DNA of 64,000 nt, taken from NCBI GenBank assembly GCA_963720755.1, contig CAVRGP010000006.1, forward strand, positions 96,001 to 160,000, in the 5' to 3' direction. A program made the position numbers and the translations under genes. The stretch is from an uncultured Chloroflexia bacterium (GTDB lineage Bacteria; Chloroflexota; Limnocylindria; Limnocylindrales; CSP1-4). The notes below the pieces were generated by a model, which did not search any database, was not told the origin of the DNA, and saw only the letters and a program-made list of their open reading frames with translations. Within the stretch, counting starts at the first letter, position 1. Each line of letters begins with the position of its first letter. Below are positions 39,191 to 49,132 of this stretch, one piece after another.

Positions 39191-40369
39191 TGCCAATCAC
39201 TCAAGTGACCGGATCGGACCGCGCGTTCCCGCCCGCGTTTCGTCGCAACCCACGCGATCGAGAACCGGCCGCCCGGATCGTCGCTTCGGCCGGGCAAGTA
39301 CGGACCGGTCGCGCGCTCAGGCCCTGGTCGAGTTTGCCCTGATACTGCCTCTGCTCCTGCTGTTCCTGCTGGGGGCGATCGACGCGGGTCGACTGTTCTT
39401 TTCGTACGTTCAGGTCAGCAACGCTTCACGGGAAGCGGCGTCATACGGCGTCGTCTATCCGAACGACACGGCAACGATGACCACTCGGGCCATGCGTGAA
39501 GCGAACGTGCAGGGCCAGGCCGGAGAGAGCACCCTCGTGGTCGCAGCCGTCTGCGCGAATTCAGCAGGGACCACGATCGCATGCGTCGATGCCGCAGGCG
39601 GCGGAGGCGCGGGCAACACCGTGACGGTGAACGTCACGGAGCACTTTTCGTTCCTGACGCCGTTGATCAACACGTTCTTCGGCGGTGGCCTTGACATCAA
39701 GGCCGCATCGACGGCCGCGGTCCTTGGCCTCGCTCCCAATGGCGGCTCGACGCCTCCATCAGGGTGTGCGCCGCCGACCAGTGCCGCATTCACGGTTACG
39801 GTTTCGACGTTTGACGTCACGCTGGATGCGACGGCGGCGACCCCGAACAGCGGTGCATGCGCCATCGCCAGCTATGACTGGGATATGGGCGACGGTCTCG
39901 ATCCATTCCCCCCGTCGTCGGCCGGACAGTCGGGCTATACGTACGCTGGGGCGCAGATCTATGCGATCACGCTCACGGTCAGCAACCCAGGAGGAACGCT
40001 CGTCTCAACGCAGTTCATCCCGGTCGGACCAGGCGCAACCCCGAGCCCGACACCGACGCCCACTCCAACCCCGACCGCAACGCCGACTGCGGCACCGACA
40101 CCGACAGCCCCCGTGTGCAACTTCGTCCCTGACTTCACGCTGGCAAAGTCGCTGCGGAAGCAAGTCCGGTCAACTTCCATGGATCCTACAGCGGCCAGCC
40201 AGTGCCAATCACCTGGACGTTGGGACTATGGCGATAACGACTTCGGATACGGGGCCGGGCATTCCAAAACACCTACCACGTGTACGGGAACTCGAGTAGC
40301 AAGGACGTGGTCTTGACGGTCACGAACGGCTCATGCACCAACTCGGTCACCAAGTCCGTCAAGCCGTGA
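39186..40369 (+). CDS. TadE-like pilin with PKD domains; 3' part frameshifted (ORF track stops at 40316)
   Basis: 'RAQALVEFALILP', 'NASREAA', PKD 'YDWDMGDG'; second PKD split across frames and ending 'VVLTVTNGSCTNSVTKSVKP*' at 40369. Confidence 0.7.
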
Positions 40370-40875
40370 TGACTGGGCGCAGGCACTCTAGGCGGCGCGG
40401 GCAAGGGCTCGTCGAATTCGCTCTCGTGCTGCCGGTCTTCCTGCTGATCCTGTTCGGGCTCGTCGACGTTGGCCGCCTGGTATACATGAATACCGTGCTC
40501 TCGCAGGCGGCTCGAGAAGCCACGAGGGTGGGGTCGGTCGAGGCCAGCTGGATCGGTTCCACCGACGCGAGTTGTGGAACGACCGGGGGTCCGACCTGCC
40601 CAGCCGATTACAACGCATGGCATGCGGACGTCGCGAGTGCCGCGAACCGCATGGTCACCCCATTCGGGCCGATCCCGATAAACAAGGTGTTCACGAAATG
40701 CACCGCGGTAGCGGCGCCTTCGGGGGCCTGGACCGACCAGACCTGTGGTTCGCCCTCCAACGGCAATCTCATTTCGGTTCGTACAGAACTCACCTTTCGA
40801 CCGATCACGCCAGTCATCGCCAGCATCGTCGGCAATGTGACACTCGCCGGTGCGGCGACCATGTCAATCAATTAG
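40369..40875 (+). CDS. TadE-like minor pilin
   Basis: 'RGQGLVEFALVLP', 'DVGR', 'QAAREATR'. Confidence 0.85.
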   Translation: MTGRRHSRRRGQGLVEFALVLPVFLLILFGLVDVGRLVYMNTVLSQAAREATRVGSVEASWIGSTDASCGTTGGPTCPADYNAWHADVASAANRMVTPFGPIPINKVFTKCTAVAAPSGAWTDQTCGSPSNGNLISVRTELTFRPITPVIASIVGNVTLAGAATMSIN

Positions 40876-40892
40876 AGAGAAGGCAAGAAATC

Positions 40893-41948
40893 ATGTCGGA
40901 GAGACGTAGGGCCCGCACAGGCGGTCAGATGATCGCCCTCTTTGCCCTTAGCCTTGTTGTCATCGTCCTCCTCGTCGGTCTCGTGATCGACGGCGGAAAT
41001 GCCCTGGTCCAGCGACGGGACGCGCAGAACGCGTCCGACTTCGCGGCGATGGCTGGTGCGCGGGTTGTCGCGGTTAGGATCGGCGGAGACACCGCGAATG
41101 GGAGCGATTTCTATGTCAAGGACGCGATCATCGCGTCCGTCGCCGCCAACAAGGGAACGCCCATCGTCTTCGGTGCACCGAATGGCCCACGTTACGTGGA
41201 CGCCGCCGGCGCCGCATTGGCATATGTGGGCAACGGAACGCTTCCGCCGTCCGCTGTCGGCGTCAAGGTGTCATCGAGCCGAACATGGAAGCCCTACTTC
41301 CTCTCGATCGCCGGCTTCGGCGACTGGACCGCCACCGCCGACGCAACAGCGCGCGGCGGTTATGCGGCCGGTGGACCGGGTGGCGACGTCTTCCCTGCTG
41401 GGATCGCCCAAGCCTTCTTCGACGGGCGTCAACCTTGTTCCGGGCCAGTCAGCAACATTCCGTCGGATCCGTGCTATCCCGCCCACATGACGCCGGGGAC
41501 GCTCAATGTCCCCGGTGGCTTCGGATGGCTCAAGTTCGGTTGCTCCGGATATGGGCTCGGGCAGGGCCCCGCCGGCGGCTGCGCCAATTCAAAGCCGTTC
41601 CTTCAGAGCGAGATCGGGCCACCCGCGGATAGCTACGGCTGCTGCACGCAGGTCGGCCTCTCAGGCAGCGCGGACAAGATCGGCAACCTCCCTGGCAACA
41701 AGGCCAGCGCAGACTGCGACTACTACATCACCAACAAGATCGTCGTGACGGTGCCCGTCTGGGACGTTGCCGGGGGTACCGGATCGAACGCCTGGTACCA
41801 CATCGTCGGGTTCACGGGCTTCCAGATCACGGCGTGCCACGGCGGCAAGGACATCGAAGGCGTTTGGCGCGTGCCGTTCTTCCTCGGCCCGACCACGAGC
41901 ACACCCGGGTTTGCCGGTGCTCCGCTGGCCGTGCAGCTCATCCATTAG
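40893..41948 (+). CDS. TadG-like Flp pilus assembly protein (Cys-rich)
   Basis: 'GGQMIALFAL...VIDGG...QNASDFAAMAGA', 'PGGFGWL', 'YHIVGF.GF'. Confidence 0.82.
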   Translation: MSERRRARTGGQMIALFALSLVVIVLLVGLVIDGGNALVQRRDAQNASDFAAMAGARVVAVRIGGDTANGSDFYVKDAIIASVAANKGTPIVFGAPNGPRYVDAAGAALAYVGNGTLPPSAVGVKVSSSRTWKPYFLSIAGFGDWTATADATARGGYAAGGPGGDVFPAGIAQAFFDGRQPCSGPVSNIPSDPCYPAHMTPGTLNVPGGFGWLKFGCSGYGLGQGPAGGCANSKPFLQSEIGPPADSYGCCTQVGLSGSADKIGNLPGNKASADCDYYITNKIVVTVPVWDVAGGTGSNAWYHIVGFTGFQITACHGGKDIEGVWRVPFFLGPTTSTPGFAGAPLAVQLIH

Positions 41949-41970
41949 ATCGGTACTCCCCTCGACCATC

Positions 41971-41997
41971 GGGCCGCGACGCAAGTCGCGGCCCTTT
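41971..41997 (+). terminator. Intrinsic terminator
   Basis: Perfect GGGCCGCGAC-GCAA-GTCGCGGCCC hairpin followed by TTT. Confidence 0.7.
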
Positions 41998-42086
41998 CCC
42001 TCTCTGGCAGTTACCGGGCCGCGGTTCGATGGAGTCCGAGCCTGCACATGGTGAAGCGACCGCTGCGTACCCGTACAATCGTGACG

Positions 42087-42860
42087 ATGTCACCCAACGA
42101 GGCCGGACTGCCCGCGCCGGTCCCCCGTCTGTCCTGGTTCTTCCCGGCCCACAACGAGGAGGCCAACCTCGAGGGCTTGATCGCCGAGGCGCTCGAGACG
42201 CTGCCGAAGCTGGCCGAAACGTTCGAGATCATCGCGGTCGATGACGGGTCGACAGACCGGACGCCGGAGATCGCCGATGCGCTCGCCGCCGCGAACCAGG
42301 ACGTCGTTCGGGTCGTTCACCACCCGACGAACCTGGGCTATGGCGCGGCACTCCGATCAGGCTTCGGCGCCGCCCGCTACGAACTCGTGGCCTTCACCGA
42401 CGGCGATCGCCAGTTCCAGGTCATCGACATCGGCCGCTTGACCGAACGGATGGTCGAGGACGATCGGCCGGATGCCGTCGTCGGCTTCCGGATCAAGCGC
42501 GCGGACGCGCCGGTTCGGCTCGCCTACGCCCGGGCGTATCGGCTCGCCAATCGACTCTTCTTCGGGCTGCAGGTCACCGACGTCGATTGCGCGGCCAAGC
42601 TCTTCCGACGCGAGGCGCTCGAGGGGCTGCGGGTCGAATCGGACGGTGCGTTCTTCTCGGCCGAGATGATGATCAAGCTGCGCGCATCCGGCCGGACCGT
42701 GGTCGAGGTCGGTGTCCCTCACTACCCGAGGACGGCCGGATCAGCGACCGGTGCCAAGCCACAGGTCGTCTTCCGAGCGGTGCGCGACTTCTGGCGGTTG
42801 CGCCTGCACATGTGGGTGAATCGCTCGCGGGCGCTGCGTCGAGGCGCCCCGCTGGTCTGA
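42087..42860 (+). CDS. GT2 glycosyltransferase (Dpm1/polyprenol-phosphate type)
   Basis: 'FFPAHNEE', 'VDDGSTD', 'NLGYG.AL..G', 'TDGD.QF'; TACAAT 7 nt upstream. Confidence 0.88.
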   Translation: MSPNEAGLPAPVPRLSWFFPAHNEEANLEGLIAEALETLPKLAETFEIIAVDDGSTDRTPEIADALAAANQDVVRVVHHPTNLGYGAALRSGFGAARYELVAFTDGDRQFQVIDIGRLTERMVEDDRPDAVVGFRIKRADAPVRLAYARAYRLANRLFFGLQVTDVDCAAKLFRREALEGLRVESDGAFFSAEMMIKLRASGRTVVEVGVPHYPRTAGSATGAKPQVVFRAVRDFWRLRLHMWVNRSRALRRGAPLV

Positions 42861-42927
42861 GGGCGGTCGGCCGCCGGCGCCCACCAGGCCCGGCGTCTGG
42901 ACGGTCGGCCCGCCGACGCCGAGCCGG

Positions 42928-43680
42928 TCAGCCGCCGATCGTCGTCTCGAAGCCGGGGTCGACGAGCTCGACAGTGCCGCCGTCGTATCGCGCGATGACG
43001 CTGTCGATCGTCTCGCGCCGGTCGAAGCCCATCTGGATATGGGTCAACAGGACGCGCCCCGCACCCGACCGCCTGGCCAGCTCGCCGACCTCTGGCCCAT
43101 CGAGATGCCATGCGCCCTCCACGGCCGGCCCGGGTCCGAACGAGACTTCGGAGAGGAGCGTGTCCCCCGGCCGGATGAGTTGGTCGAGGTCCTCGGCACG
43201 ACCGCAATCGCCGGAATAGACGATTCCCGCTTCGCCGCTCGGAAGTCCGACGCGGAAGGCATAGCTGGAGTCCGTATGCGCGACCCTGGCGGCCTCGATC
43301 TCGAACGGACCGATCTCCAGCCGGCCGGGGGCCAGATCCTCGATGTCCAGGGCGGCGTCGGCGAAGCCGGGCTCGTCGTGGAGTCCGTCGAGCTTGCCGG
43401 CCAACCCGGCCGGTCCGACGACACGGACGCGGCGACGCGGTTCCTCCCAGCGAAGGTACAGCCGAAGCGGGATGAGGTCGATGAAATGGTCGGGATGAAG
43501 GTGGCTGATGAGGATGGCATCGAGGTCGGCCGGATCGAGGAGGTTGGCCAGGCGTGGGAAGGAGCCCTGACCGAGATCCAGCAGGACGGCACCGTCGCGG
43601 TGGCGGATGAGGTAGGCGGCCCCGGTCGAACCCGGCCGGTCCGTGTAGGCGGGACCGGCGCCGACCACGGTGAGCCGCAT
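42928..43680 (-). CDS. MBL-fold metallo-hydrolase (RNase Z/ElaC-like)
   Basis: 'LLDLGQG', 'SHLHPDH', 'YSGD', 'H', 'LLTH'. Confidence 0.82.
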   Translation of the reverse strand: MRLTVVGAGPAYTDRPGSTGAAYLIRHRDGAVLLDLGQGSFPRLANLLDPADLDAILISHLHPDHFIDLIPLRLYLRWEEPRRRVRVVGPAGLAGKLDGLHDEPGFADAALDIEDLAPGRLEIGPFEIEAARVAHTDSSYAFRVGLPSGEAGIVYSGDCGRAEDLDQLIRPGDTLLSEVSFGPGPAVEGAWHLDGPEVGELARRSGAGRVLLTHIQMGFDRRETIDSVIARYDGGTVELVDPGFETTIGG

Positions 43681-43818
43681 CCGGTCGTCACCATGGCCAC
43701 CCGTCACGGCGTCATCAAGGTCCACATCATCCTCTAGCTGTCGGCATCGGCATGGTGCCACGATTGGGCTCGCGAGGGTCGGCCGTCGCTACATCGGCCG
43801 CGGCGTGCCGGGCATCGG

Positions 43819-44679
43819 CTATGGGGTGCCGGGCATCGGTACGGCGACACGTGCCTCGCGCGGTCCGCGCCGGAAGGTGAGTTCCGAGAAGCCGGAATCG
43901 GCTGCGATCGCGTAGCCCTGGTCGAGCCCCCAATTGGCGTTCTTCGCCCGGTGCGCGTCGGAGCCCACCGTCACGGCACGCCCGCCCAGCTCCCGGAACC
44001 TGGCCACGATGGCCGGGTATGGGAACGGGGCCGCGATCGCGTACCGAAGCCCGCTGGTATTGACCTCCAGGGCCGTGCCACTTTCGACGAGGGCCCGCAG
44101 GATCGGCTCGTACAGCTCCGGGGCCGCCTCGAAGGCGGTCGGCAAGACATGCGGGAAGAGGTACCGCTTTACCACGTCGATGTGCCCGATGGCATCGAAC
44201 AGGCCCGACCTGGCGGCCGCTTCGACCTCGTCGAACGATGGCGCAACGATCTCCGCAAGCGAGCGACCGGCCACGAATCCTGCGACCTGCCCGGCCGAAT
44301 ACGGTCCCGTGACCCGATCGTGGACGGATCCGATCGTGAAGTCGTAGGCGTGGTGCGCGAGGTGGTCGCGGATGTCGGCCTCCCACGCTCGGTCGTAGGT
44401 CAGTTCGACACCGAACCGGATGAGGACCCCTTGCGGCCCCCAGCGCTCGGCGGCATCGCGGACCACACGCTCTCGATCCTCGAACGTCGTGTAGCCGAAG
44501 GCCGGCGCCCCGGGCTCGAAATCCACGTGGTCGGTGATGGCGATCTCGGCGATGCCACGCTCGAGCGCGCCCGCCGCATACACGTCGATCGGGACGTTGC
44601 TGTCGGGCGACAGGTCCGTGTGCATATGCGCGTCGAGCGGCAGGTCCCGGGGCAGTCGATCGATCATCGGAGTTGCCAC
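43819..44679 (-). CDS. Histidinol-phosphatase HisJ-family PHP hydrolase
   Basis: 'DAHMHT', 'ITDH', 'IGSVH', 'GHID', 'EVNTSGLR', 'GSDAH'. Confidence 0.85.
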   Translation of the reverse strand: MATPMIDRLPRDLPLDAHMHTDLSPDSNVPIDVYAAGALERGIAEIAITDHVDFEPGAPAFGYTTFEDRERVVRDAAERWGPQGVLIRFGVELTYDRAWEADIRDHLAHHAYDFTIGSVHDRVTGPYSAGQVAGFVAGRSLAEIVAPSFDEVEAAARSGLFDAIGHIDVVKRYLFPHVLPTAFEAAPELYEPILRALVESGTALEVNTSGLRYAIAAPFPYPAIVARFRELGGRAVTVGSDAHRAKNANWGLDQGYAIAADSGFSELTFRRGPREARVAVPMPGTP

Positions 44680-44723
44680 GCCGGGCGGCGTGCGAGGCTC
44701 GCTGATGCGGGCACGTCGCTCGA

Positions 44724-44890
44724 TGATGCTTGAATCGGGGCATCTTCCACGGCGTCCGTGTCGGTATGCGTGTAGGCGGCATACCGGTGGGGGCCGGCAG
44801 GTGCCGAGTGGGCCGATCGCCCGCCCGGAATATGCCGCCTACGGGCATCGGGAACGTGGACGGCTCCAGACGCCCCGGATTCAAGCATCA
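44724..44890. repeat. 167-nt nested inverted-repeat element (REP/MITE-like or structured RNA)
   Basis: Outer arms TGATGCTTGAATCGGGGC / GCCCCGGATTCAAGCATCA; inner perfect 12-bp GTAGGCGGCATA(44772-83) / TATGCCGCCTAC(44831-42). Confidence 0.7.
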
Positions 44891-44968
44891 AGGGCGGCCC
44901 CGCCAGGGCCCCGCCAGGGACAAGGCCACCCTGCGGACAGGGCCCCACTGCTGGGGACAGGGCGCCCC

Positions 44969-46189
44969 TCAACCGGCGATCAGACCAAGCTCGCGACCGA
45001 CCCGGTCGAACGCGGCGAGGGCGAGATCGAGCTGCTCATCGCTATGGGCCGCCGACACAATCGTGCGGATGCGCGCCTTGTCGATGGCGACGGTCGGGAA
45101 GACGACGGGCTGAGCGAAGACGCCCTCCGCGAGCAATCGATCGCTGAACCGGCCGGCGGTATCGGGGTCGCCCATCATCACCGGCGTGATCGGGGTCTCG
45201 GACCGACCGGTATCGAACCCGAGCCGCGTCAACTCCGCCTTGAACCGCCGGGTGTTCGCCCACAGGCGCTCCTGCAACTCCGGCTCGTCCTGCATCACCC
45301 GGATCGCCTCGCGGCAGGACGCGACCACGGACGGCGGGTGCGACGTGGAGAACAGGAACGGGCGGGCACGCTGGGTCAGGATCTCGCGCAGCGCTCTCGA
45401 CCCCGCCACATAGCCACCCAGCGAACCGACCGCTTTGGACAGGGTGCCGACCTGGATCGCCACCCGGCCGTGCAGCCCGAAGTGGTCGACCGTGCCACGA
45501 CCGTCCCGCCCGAGGACGCCGGACGCATGGGCGTCATCGACCATGACGGCCGCGCCGAACGCCTCGGCCGCCTCGACGATCCCGGGGAGTGGCGCGATGT
45601 CGCCATCCATGGAGAACACACCGTCGGTGACGACGAGGATCAGGCGATGCTCGCCACCACCCGGGCGCCCATCCCGCCGAGCGCGCTCGAGGACCTCGCG
45701 GAGCCCCGCCACATCGCCGTGGGGGTAGATCTCGCGCGGCGCCTTGGACAACCGCATGCCATCGATGATCGAAGCGTGGTTGAGCGCATCCGACACGATC
45801 AGGTCCGTCTCGCCGGTCACCGCCGGGATCACCCCGGTGTTGGCGGTGAAGCCGGACTGGAACGTCAGCACGGCCGGCGTCCCCTTGAACTCGGCCAGCT
45901 CCGCCTCGAGCGCCTCGTGCATCGACATCGTCCCGGCGATCGTCCGGACCGCCCCGGAACCGACGCCGAAGTCCTCGACCGCCTGGAGGGCCGCGGCCCG
46001 GATCCGCGGGTGGTGGGTGAGCCCGAGATAGTCGTTCGATGACAGGCTGACCAGGCGCTGCCCGTCGACCGAGACGATCGGCCCCTGGGCGGACGACATG
46101 ACCCGAAGCGCCCGATACAGGTGTCGCTCACGCAGAGCGGCGACCTCGTCGTCCAGGAAGGCGAGCGGGTCCGGCCGCCCGGGGCTCAT
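44969..46189 (-). CDS. kbl: Glycine C-acetyltransferase (2-amino-3-ketobutyrate CoA ligase)
   Basis: 'SSNDYLGL', 'SDALNHASIIDG', 'TDGVFSMDGD', 'DDAH', 'TLSKA'; adjacent to tdh. Confidence 0.9.
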   Translation of the reverse strand: MSPGRPDPLAFLDDEVAALRERHLYRALRVMSSAQGPIVSVDGQRLVSLSSNDYLGLTHHPRIRAAALQAVEDFGVGSGAVRTIAGTMSMHEALEAELAEFKGTPAVLTFQSGFTANTGVIPAVTGETDLIVSDALNHASIIDGMRLSKAPREIYPHGDVAGLREVLERARRDGRPGGGEHRLILVVTDGVFSMDGDIAPLPGIVEAAEAFGAAVMVDDAHASGVLGRDGRGTVDHFGLHGRVAIQVGTLSKAVGSLGGYVAGSRALREILTQRARPFLFSTSHPPSVVASCREAIRVMQDEPELQERLWANTRRFKAELTRLGFDTGRSETPITPVMMGDPDTAGRFSDRLLAEGVFAQPVVFPTVAIDKARIRTIVSAAHSDEQLDLALAAFDRVGRELGLIAG

Positions 46190-47214
46190 GACGTCCAGTC
46201 CATGACGACCTTGCCCGAATCGCCGGAGCGCGCGGCGGCGAAAGCCGCCTGGAACTCACGGAAGCCGAACCGGTGGGTGATCGCCGGCGTGATATCGAGC
46301 CCGGACTGGAGCATGACCGTCATCTTGTACCAAGTTTCGTACATCTCGCGACCGTAGATACCGCGCACGGTCAGCATCTTGAACACGATCGCATTGACGT
46401 CCAGGGCGATGTCCCCTGTCGGGATGCCCAGGATCGCGACGCCGCCACCGTGGGCCATCGAGTCGATGGCGGCCCGAAGGGCACTGGCGTTGCCGGACAT
46501 CTCGAGGGCGATGTCGAACCCCTCGACCATGTCGAGCTCGGCGAAGACGTCAGCCAGGGTCCGTTCGCGCGGATCGATCGCGATCGTGGCCCCCATCTGC
46601 ATCGCCAGGCCTCGGCGGTAGGCGTTCGGTTCACTGACGACGACGTGGCGTGCTCCCGCGTGGCGGGCGACCGCGGTCGCCATCAGCCCGATCGGCCCCG
46701 CGCCGGACACCAGCACGTCCTCGCCCAGGACCGGGAAGGCGAGCGCCGTATGGACGGCATTGCCGAACGGATCGAAGATCGCCGCGACCTCCTCGTCGAT
46801 GCCCGGCCAGTGGCTCCAGACGTTGGTCATCGGCAGGGCGACGTACTCGGCGAAGGCGCCGTCTCGACCGACCCCCAGCCCGATCGTGTGGGCGCACAAC
46901 TGTCGCCGGCCGGCCAGGCAGTGACGGCAGCGCCCACAGACGACGTGACCCTCGCCGGACACGATCTCGCCCGGCCGGAACCCCACGACATTGGACCCGA
47001 CCTCGACGATCTCGCCGACGAACTCGTGGCCGACGACGAGCGGTGGCACGATCGTCTTGGCTGCCCACGGGTCCCACGACTCGATGTGGAGGTCCGTTCC
47101 GCAGATGCCCGTCTTATGGACCCGGATGAGGACGTCGTTGATTCCGACCGCCGGCATCGGGACCTCGCGCAGGTCCAGACCAGGTCCCGGACCGGTCTTG
47201 ACCAGGGCAAGCAT
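46186..47214 (-). CDS. tdh: L-threonine 3-dehydrogenase
   Basis: 'GICGTDLHI', 'GHEF', 'SGEGHVVCG.C..C', 'DPFGNAVH', 'GIYGREMYETW'. Confidence 0.93.
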   Translation of the reverse strand: MLALVKTGPGPGLDLREVPMPAVGINDVLIRVHKTGICGTDLHIESWDPWAAKTIVPPLVVGHEFVGEIVEVGSNVVGFRPGEIVSGEGHVVCGRCRHCLAGRRQLCAHTIGLGVGRDGAFAEYVALPMTNVWSHWPGIDEEVAAIFDPFGNAVHTALAFPVLGEDVLVSGAGPIGLMATAVARHAGARHVVVSEPNAYRRGLAMQMGATIAIDPRERTLADVFAELDMVEGFDIALEMSGNASALRAAIDSMAHGGGVAILGIPTGDIALDVNAIVFKMLTVRGIYGREMYETWYKMTVMLQSGLDITPAITHRFGFREFQAAFAAARSGDSGKVVMDWTS

Positions 47215-47225
47215 CGTCGGCCGGC

Positions 47226-48191
47226 TCAGCGTTCGCCGAGGATGTCGTCGAGATCGACGTCGGCTGCAGCGCCTTCGAACGCGTCCTCGACATCGAACCA
47301 GTCGACGATCGGGTTCTCCACCGCACCGATCCCCTCGATCGCGCACCGTGCCCGATCGCCCGGCACGAGGAAGACCGGCGGGTCGCGGTAGACCCCGACG
47401 CCCGATGGCGTCCCGGTGGCGATGATGTCGCCTGGCTCGAGGGTGATCGAGCGGCTGATGAATTCGATGAGTTCGGCCACGGTCCAGATCATGTCGGCGG
47501 TCGTGCTGTCCTGCATGAGGATCTCACCCCCGTCATCCGGGCCGGAACCCGGGATCCGCCAGGATCGCAGGCGCAGGGCCTGCGGATCGGGGATCTCGTC
47601 CGCGCTGACGAAGACCGGGCCCATCGGCAGGAACGTATCCGACCCCTTGGCTCGAAGCCACTGGCCGTCGCCGACCTCGCCCTCGGCCAGCGCCGCCGGC
47701 ACGCCCTGCCAATCGCGGGCGCTCACGTCGTTGACCACCACGTACCCGGCGACGTGGTCGAGGGCGTCCTCGCGGGAGACCCGCTGGGCCAGCGTCCCGA
47801 TCACGACCCCGAGTTCGACCTCCAGGTCGAGGGCTCGGGTGCCTTCCGGGCGGACGATCGCCTCGCCGTCCGCGATGATCGCATTGCTGAACTTCGAGAA
47901 CAGGAGCGGCCGCTTCGGCATCGGCCGACCGCCTTCCGCGGCATGCGCCCGGTAGTTGAGACCGACGCAGACGATCTTGCCCGGATCCGGGATCGGGGCG
48001 ATGACGTCGACGTCATCGAGCGACATCCCGGCCGCTCCCTCGAGCGCCTCGGCGCGAACGGCGAGCTCGCCGAGGGCCAGGGGGTCGAGCTCCACCCCGG
48101 TCAGGAACCCCTCCATGATCGGAACGAGCCGGTCGCCGACCAGCAGCGCCGTGCCGGCGTCATCGGGACCGAGGTACGAGACGAGACGCAT
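47226..48191 (-). CDS. Fumarylacetoacetate hydrolase family protein
   Basis: 'KIVCVGLNY', 'EVELGVVIG', 'NDVSARD', 'TLEPGDIIATGTPSGVG'. Confidence 0.9.
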   Translation of the reverse strand: MRLVSYLGPDDAGTALLVGDRLVPIMEGFLTGVELDPLALGELAVRAEALEGAAGMSLDDVDVIAPIPDPGKIVCVGLNYRAHAAEGGRPMPKRPLLFSKFSNAIIADGEAIVRPEGTRALDLEVELGVVIGTLAQRVSREDALDHVAGYVVVNDVSARDWQGVPAALAEGEVGDGQWLRAKGSDTFLPMGPVFVSADEIPDPQALRLRSWRIPGSGPDDGGEILMQDSTTADMIWTVAELIEFISRSITLEPGDIIATGTPSGVGVYRDPPVFLVPGDRARCAIEGIGAVENPIVDWFDVEDAFEGAAADVDLDDILGER

Positions 48192-48198
48192 CGATCGG

Positions 48199-49035
48199 CT
48201 ACTGCGTCATGGCCGACGCGCTCGGGTTCGGGTCGTTCGGCGTCGGGCAGAGTTTCTCGGTGTTGGTGATGCCGCCCCACTGGTTCCAGAACGCGGTGAT
48301 CTCTGCGGCATCGAAGGCCTGGAGCGGCAGGACCCGGCCCCAGACCAGTGCCTGGAACGGCGTGCTCATGTCGTCGAACCGGGCGATCACCGGGCCGCAA
48401 TCGGCGACCGGCGGAAAGCCCTCCCAGAACGCCTTGAGCTGGGCCTGGCCCTCGGCCGTCGCGCCGGCGCTGCTGCCCTGGTAGAGGATGACGAGGCCGC
48501 CGTGCTCGAGGTTGTGGATCCAACCTTGCGGGATGACATTGTCGCTCGGCCCGTACACCCGAGCCGCGATCGGCCCCTGGCCAGCGACGTTGATGTGCTT
48601 GCCGGAGGCCGGCGCGCAATAGGTATAGGTGACCTTCGCGCCGGGTGCGACGTGGTCGTGGCCCATGTCGGGCTGGACATAGCCGAGGTCGGGCGTCGCG
48701 CCGGGCGCCGGCGAGGCCGTCGCCTCTGGGGTCCAGATCGTCGAACAGGCGTAGGCCGGCTGCGCGGCCGAGGTGAACACGAAGAGCGACAGGAGCGCCA
48801 CCCCGGCCAGGGCGGCAACGACCACGATCGCGGTCCGATAGCGCTCCAGGAAGGTCGGCTGCTGCGTCGTGCGCTGGCGCTCGCGGCGGCCCGCCCGGGT
48901 CGATGACGGACGCGTGGTCGCGGCACCGGCCGCGGACGCGGACCCGGCCGGAGTGGCGGCCGCGGACCCGGCCGAGGCCGGATTGCTCGTTGTCGGACTG
49001 CCGGGTTGCTGGCGCCGGCGGCTGGCTTTGGTCAC
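48199..49035 (-). CDS. Membrane-anchored DUF3105-like protein
   Basis: TM helix, 'H', 'P.SG.H', 'HNLEHG....Y', 'W.R'. Confidence 0.8.
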   Translation of the reverse strand: MTKASRRRQQPGSPTTSNPASAGSAAATPAGSASAAGAATTRPSSTRAGRRERQRTTQQPTFLERYRTAIVVVAALAGVALLSLFVFTSAAQPAYACSTIWTPEATASPAPGATPDLGYVQPDMGHDHVAPGAKVTYTYCAPASGKHINVAGQGPIAARVYGPSDNVIPQGWIHNLEHGGLVILYQGSSAGATAEGQAQLKAFWEGFPPVADCGPVIARFDDMSTPFQALVWGRVLPLQAFDAAEITAFWNQWGGITNTEKLCPTPNDPNPSASAMTQ

Positions 49036-49132
49036 GTGGTTGCCTCATTGGATGCGCGAGGGATGGCGGCGCGCGATGGCTGCGCGCACACGGAGGGTAC
49101 CGTCCCGGCCGCCATCGCGGGCCCGAACGGGT

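Noticed and set aside
44895-44968. Short CCCCGCCAGGG / GGACAGGG repeats
   Set aside because: Too short and degenerate to assign; probably slippage next to the hairpin element
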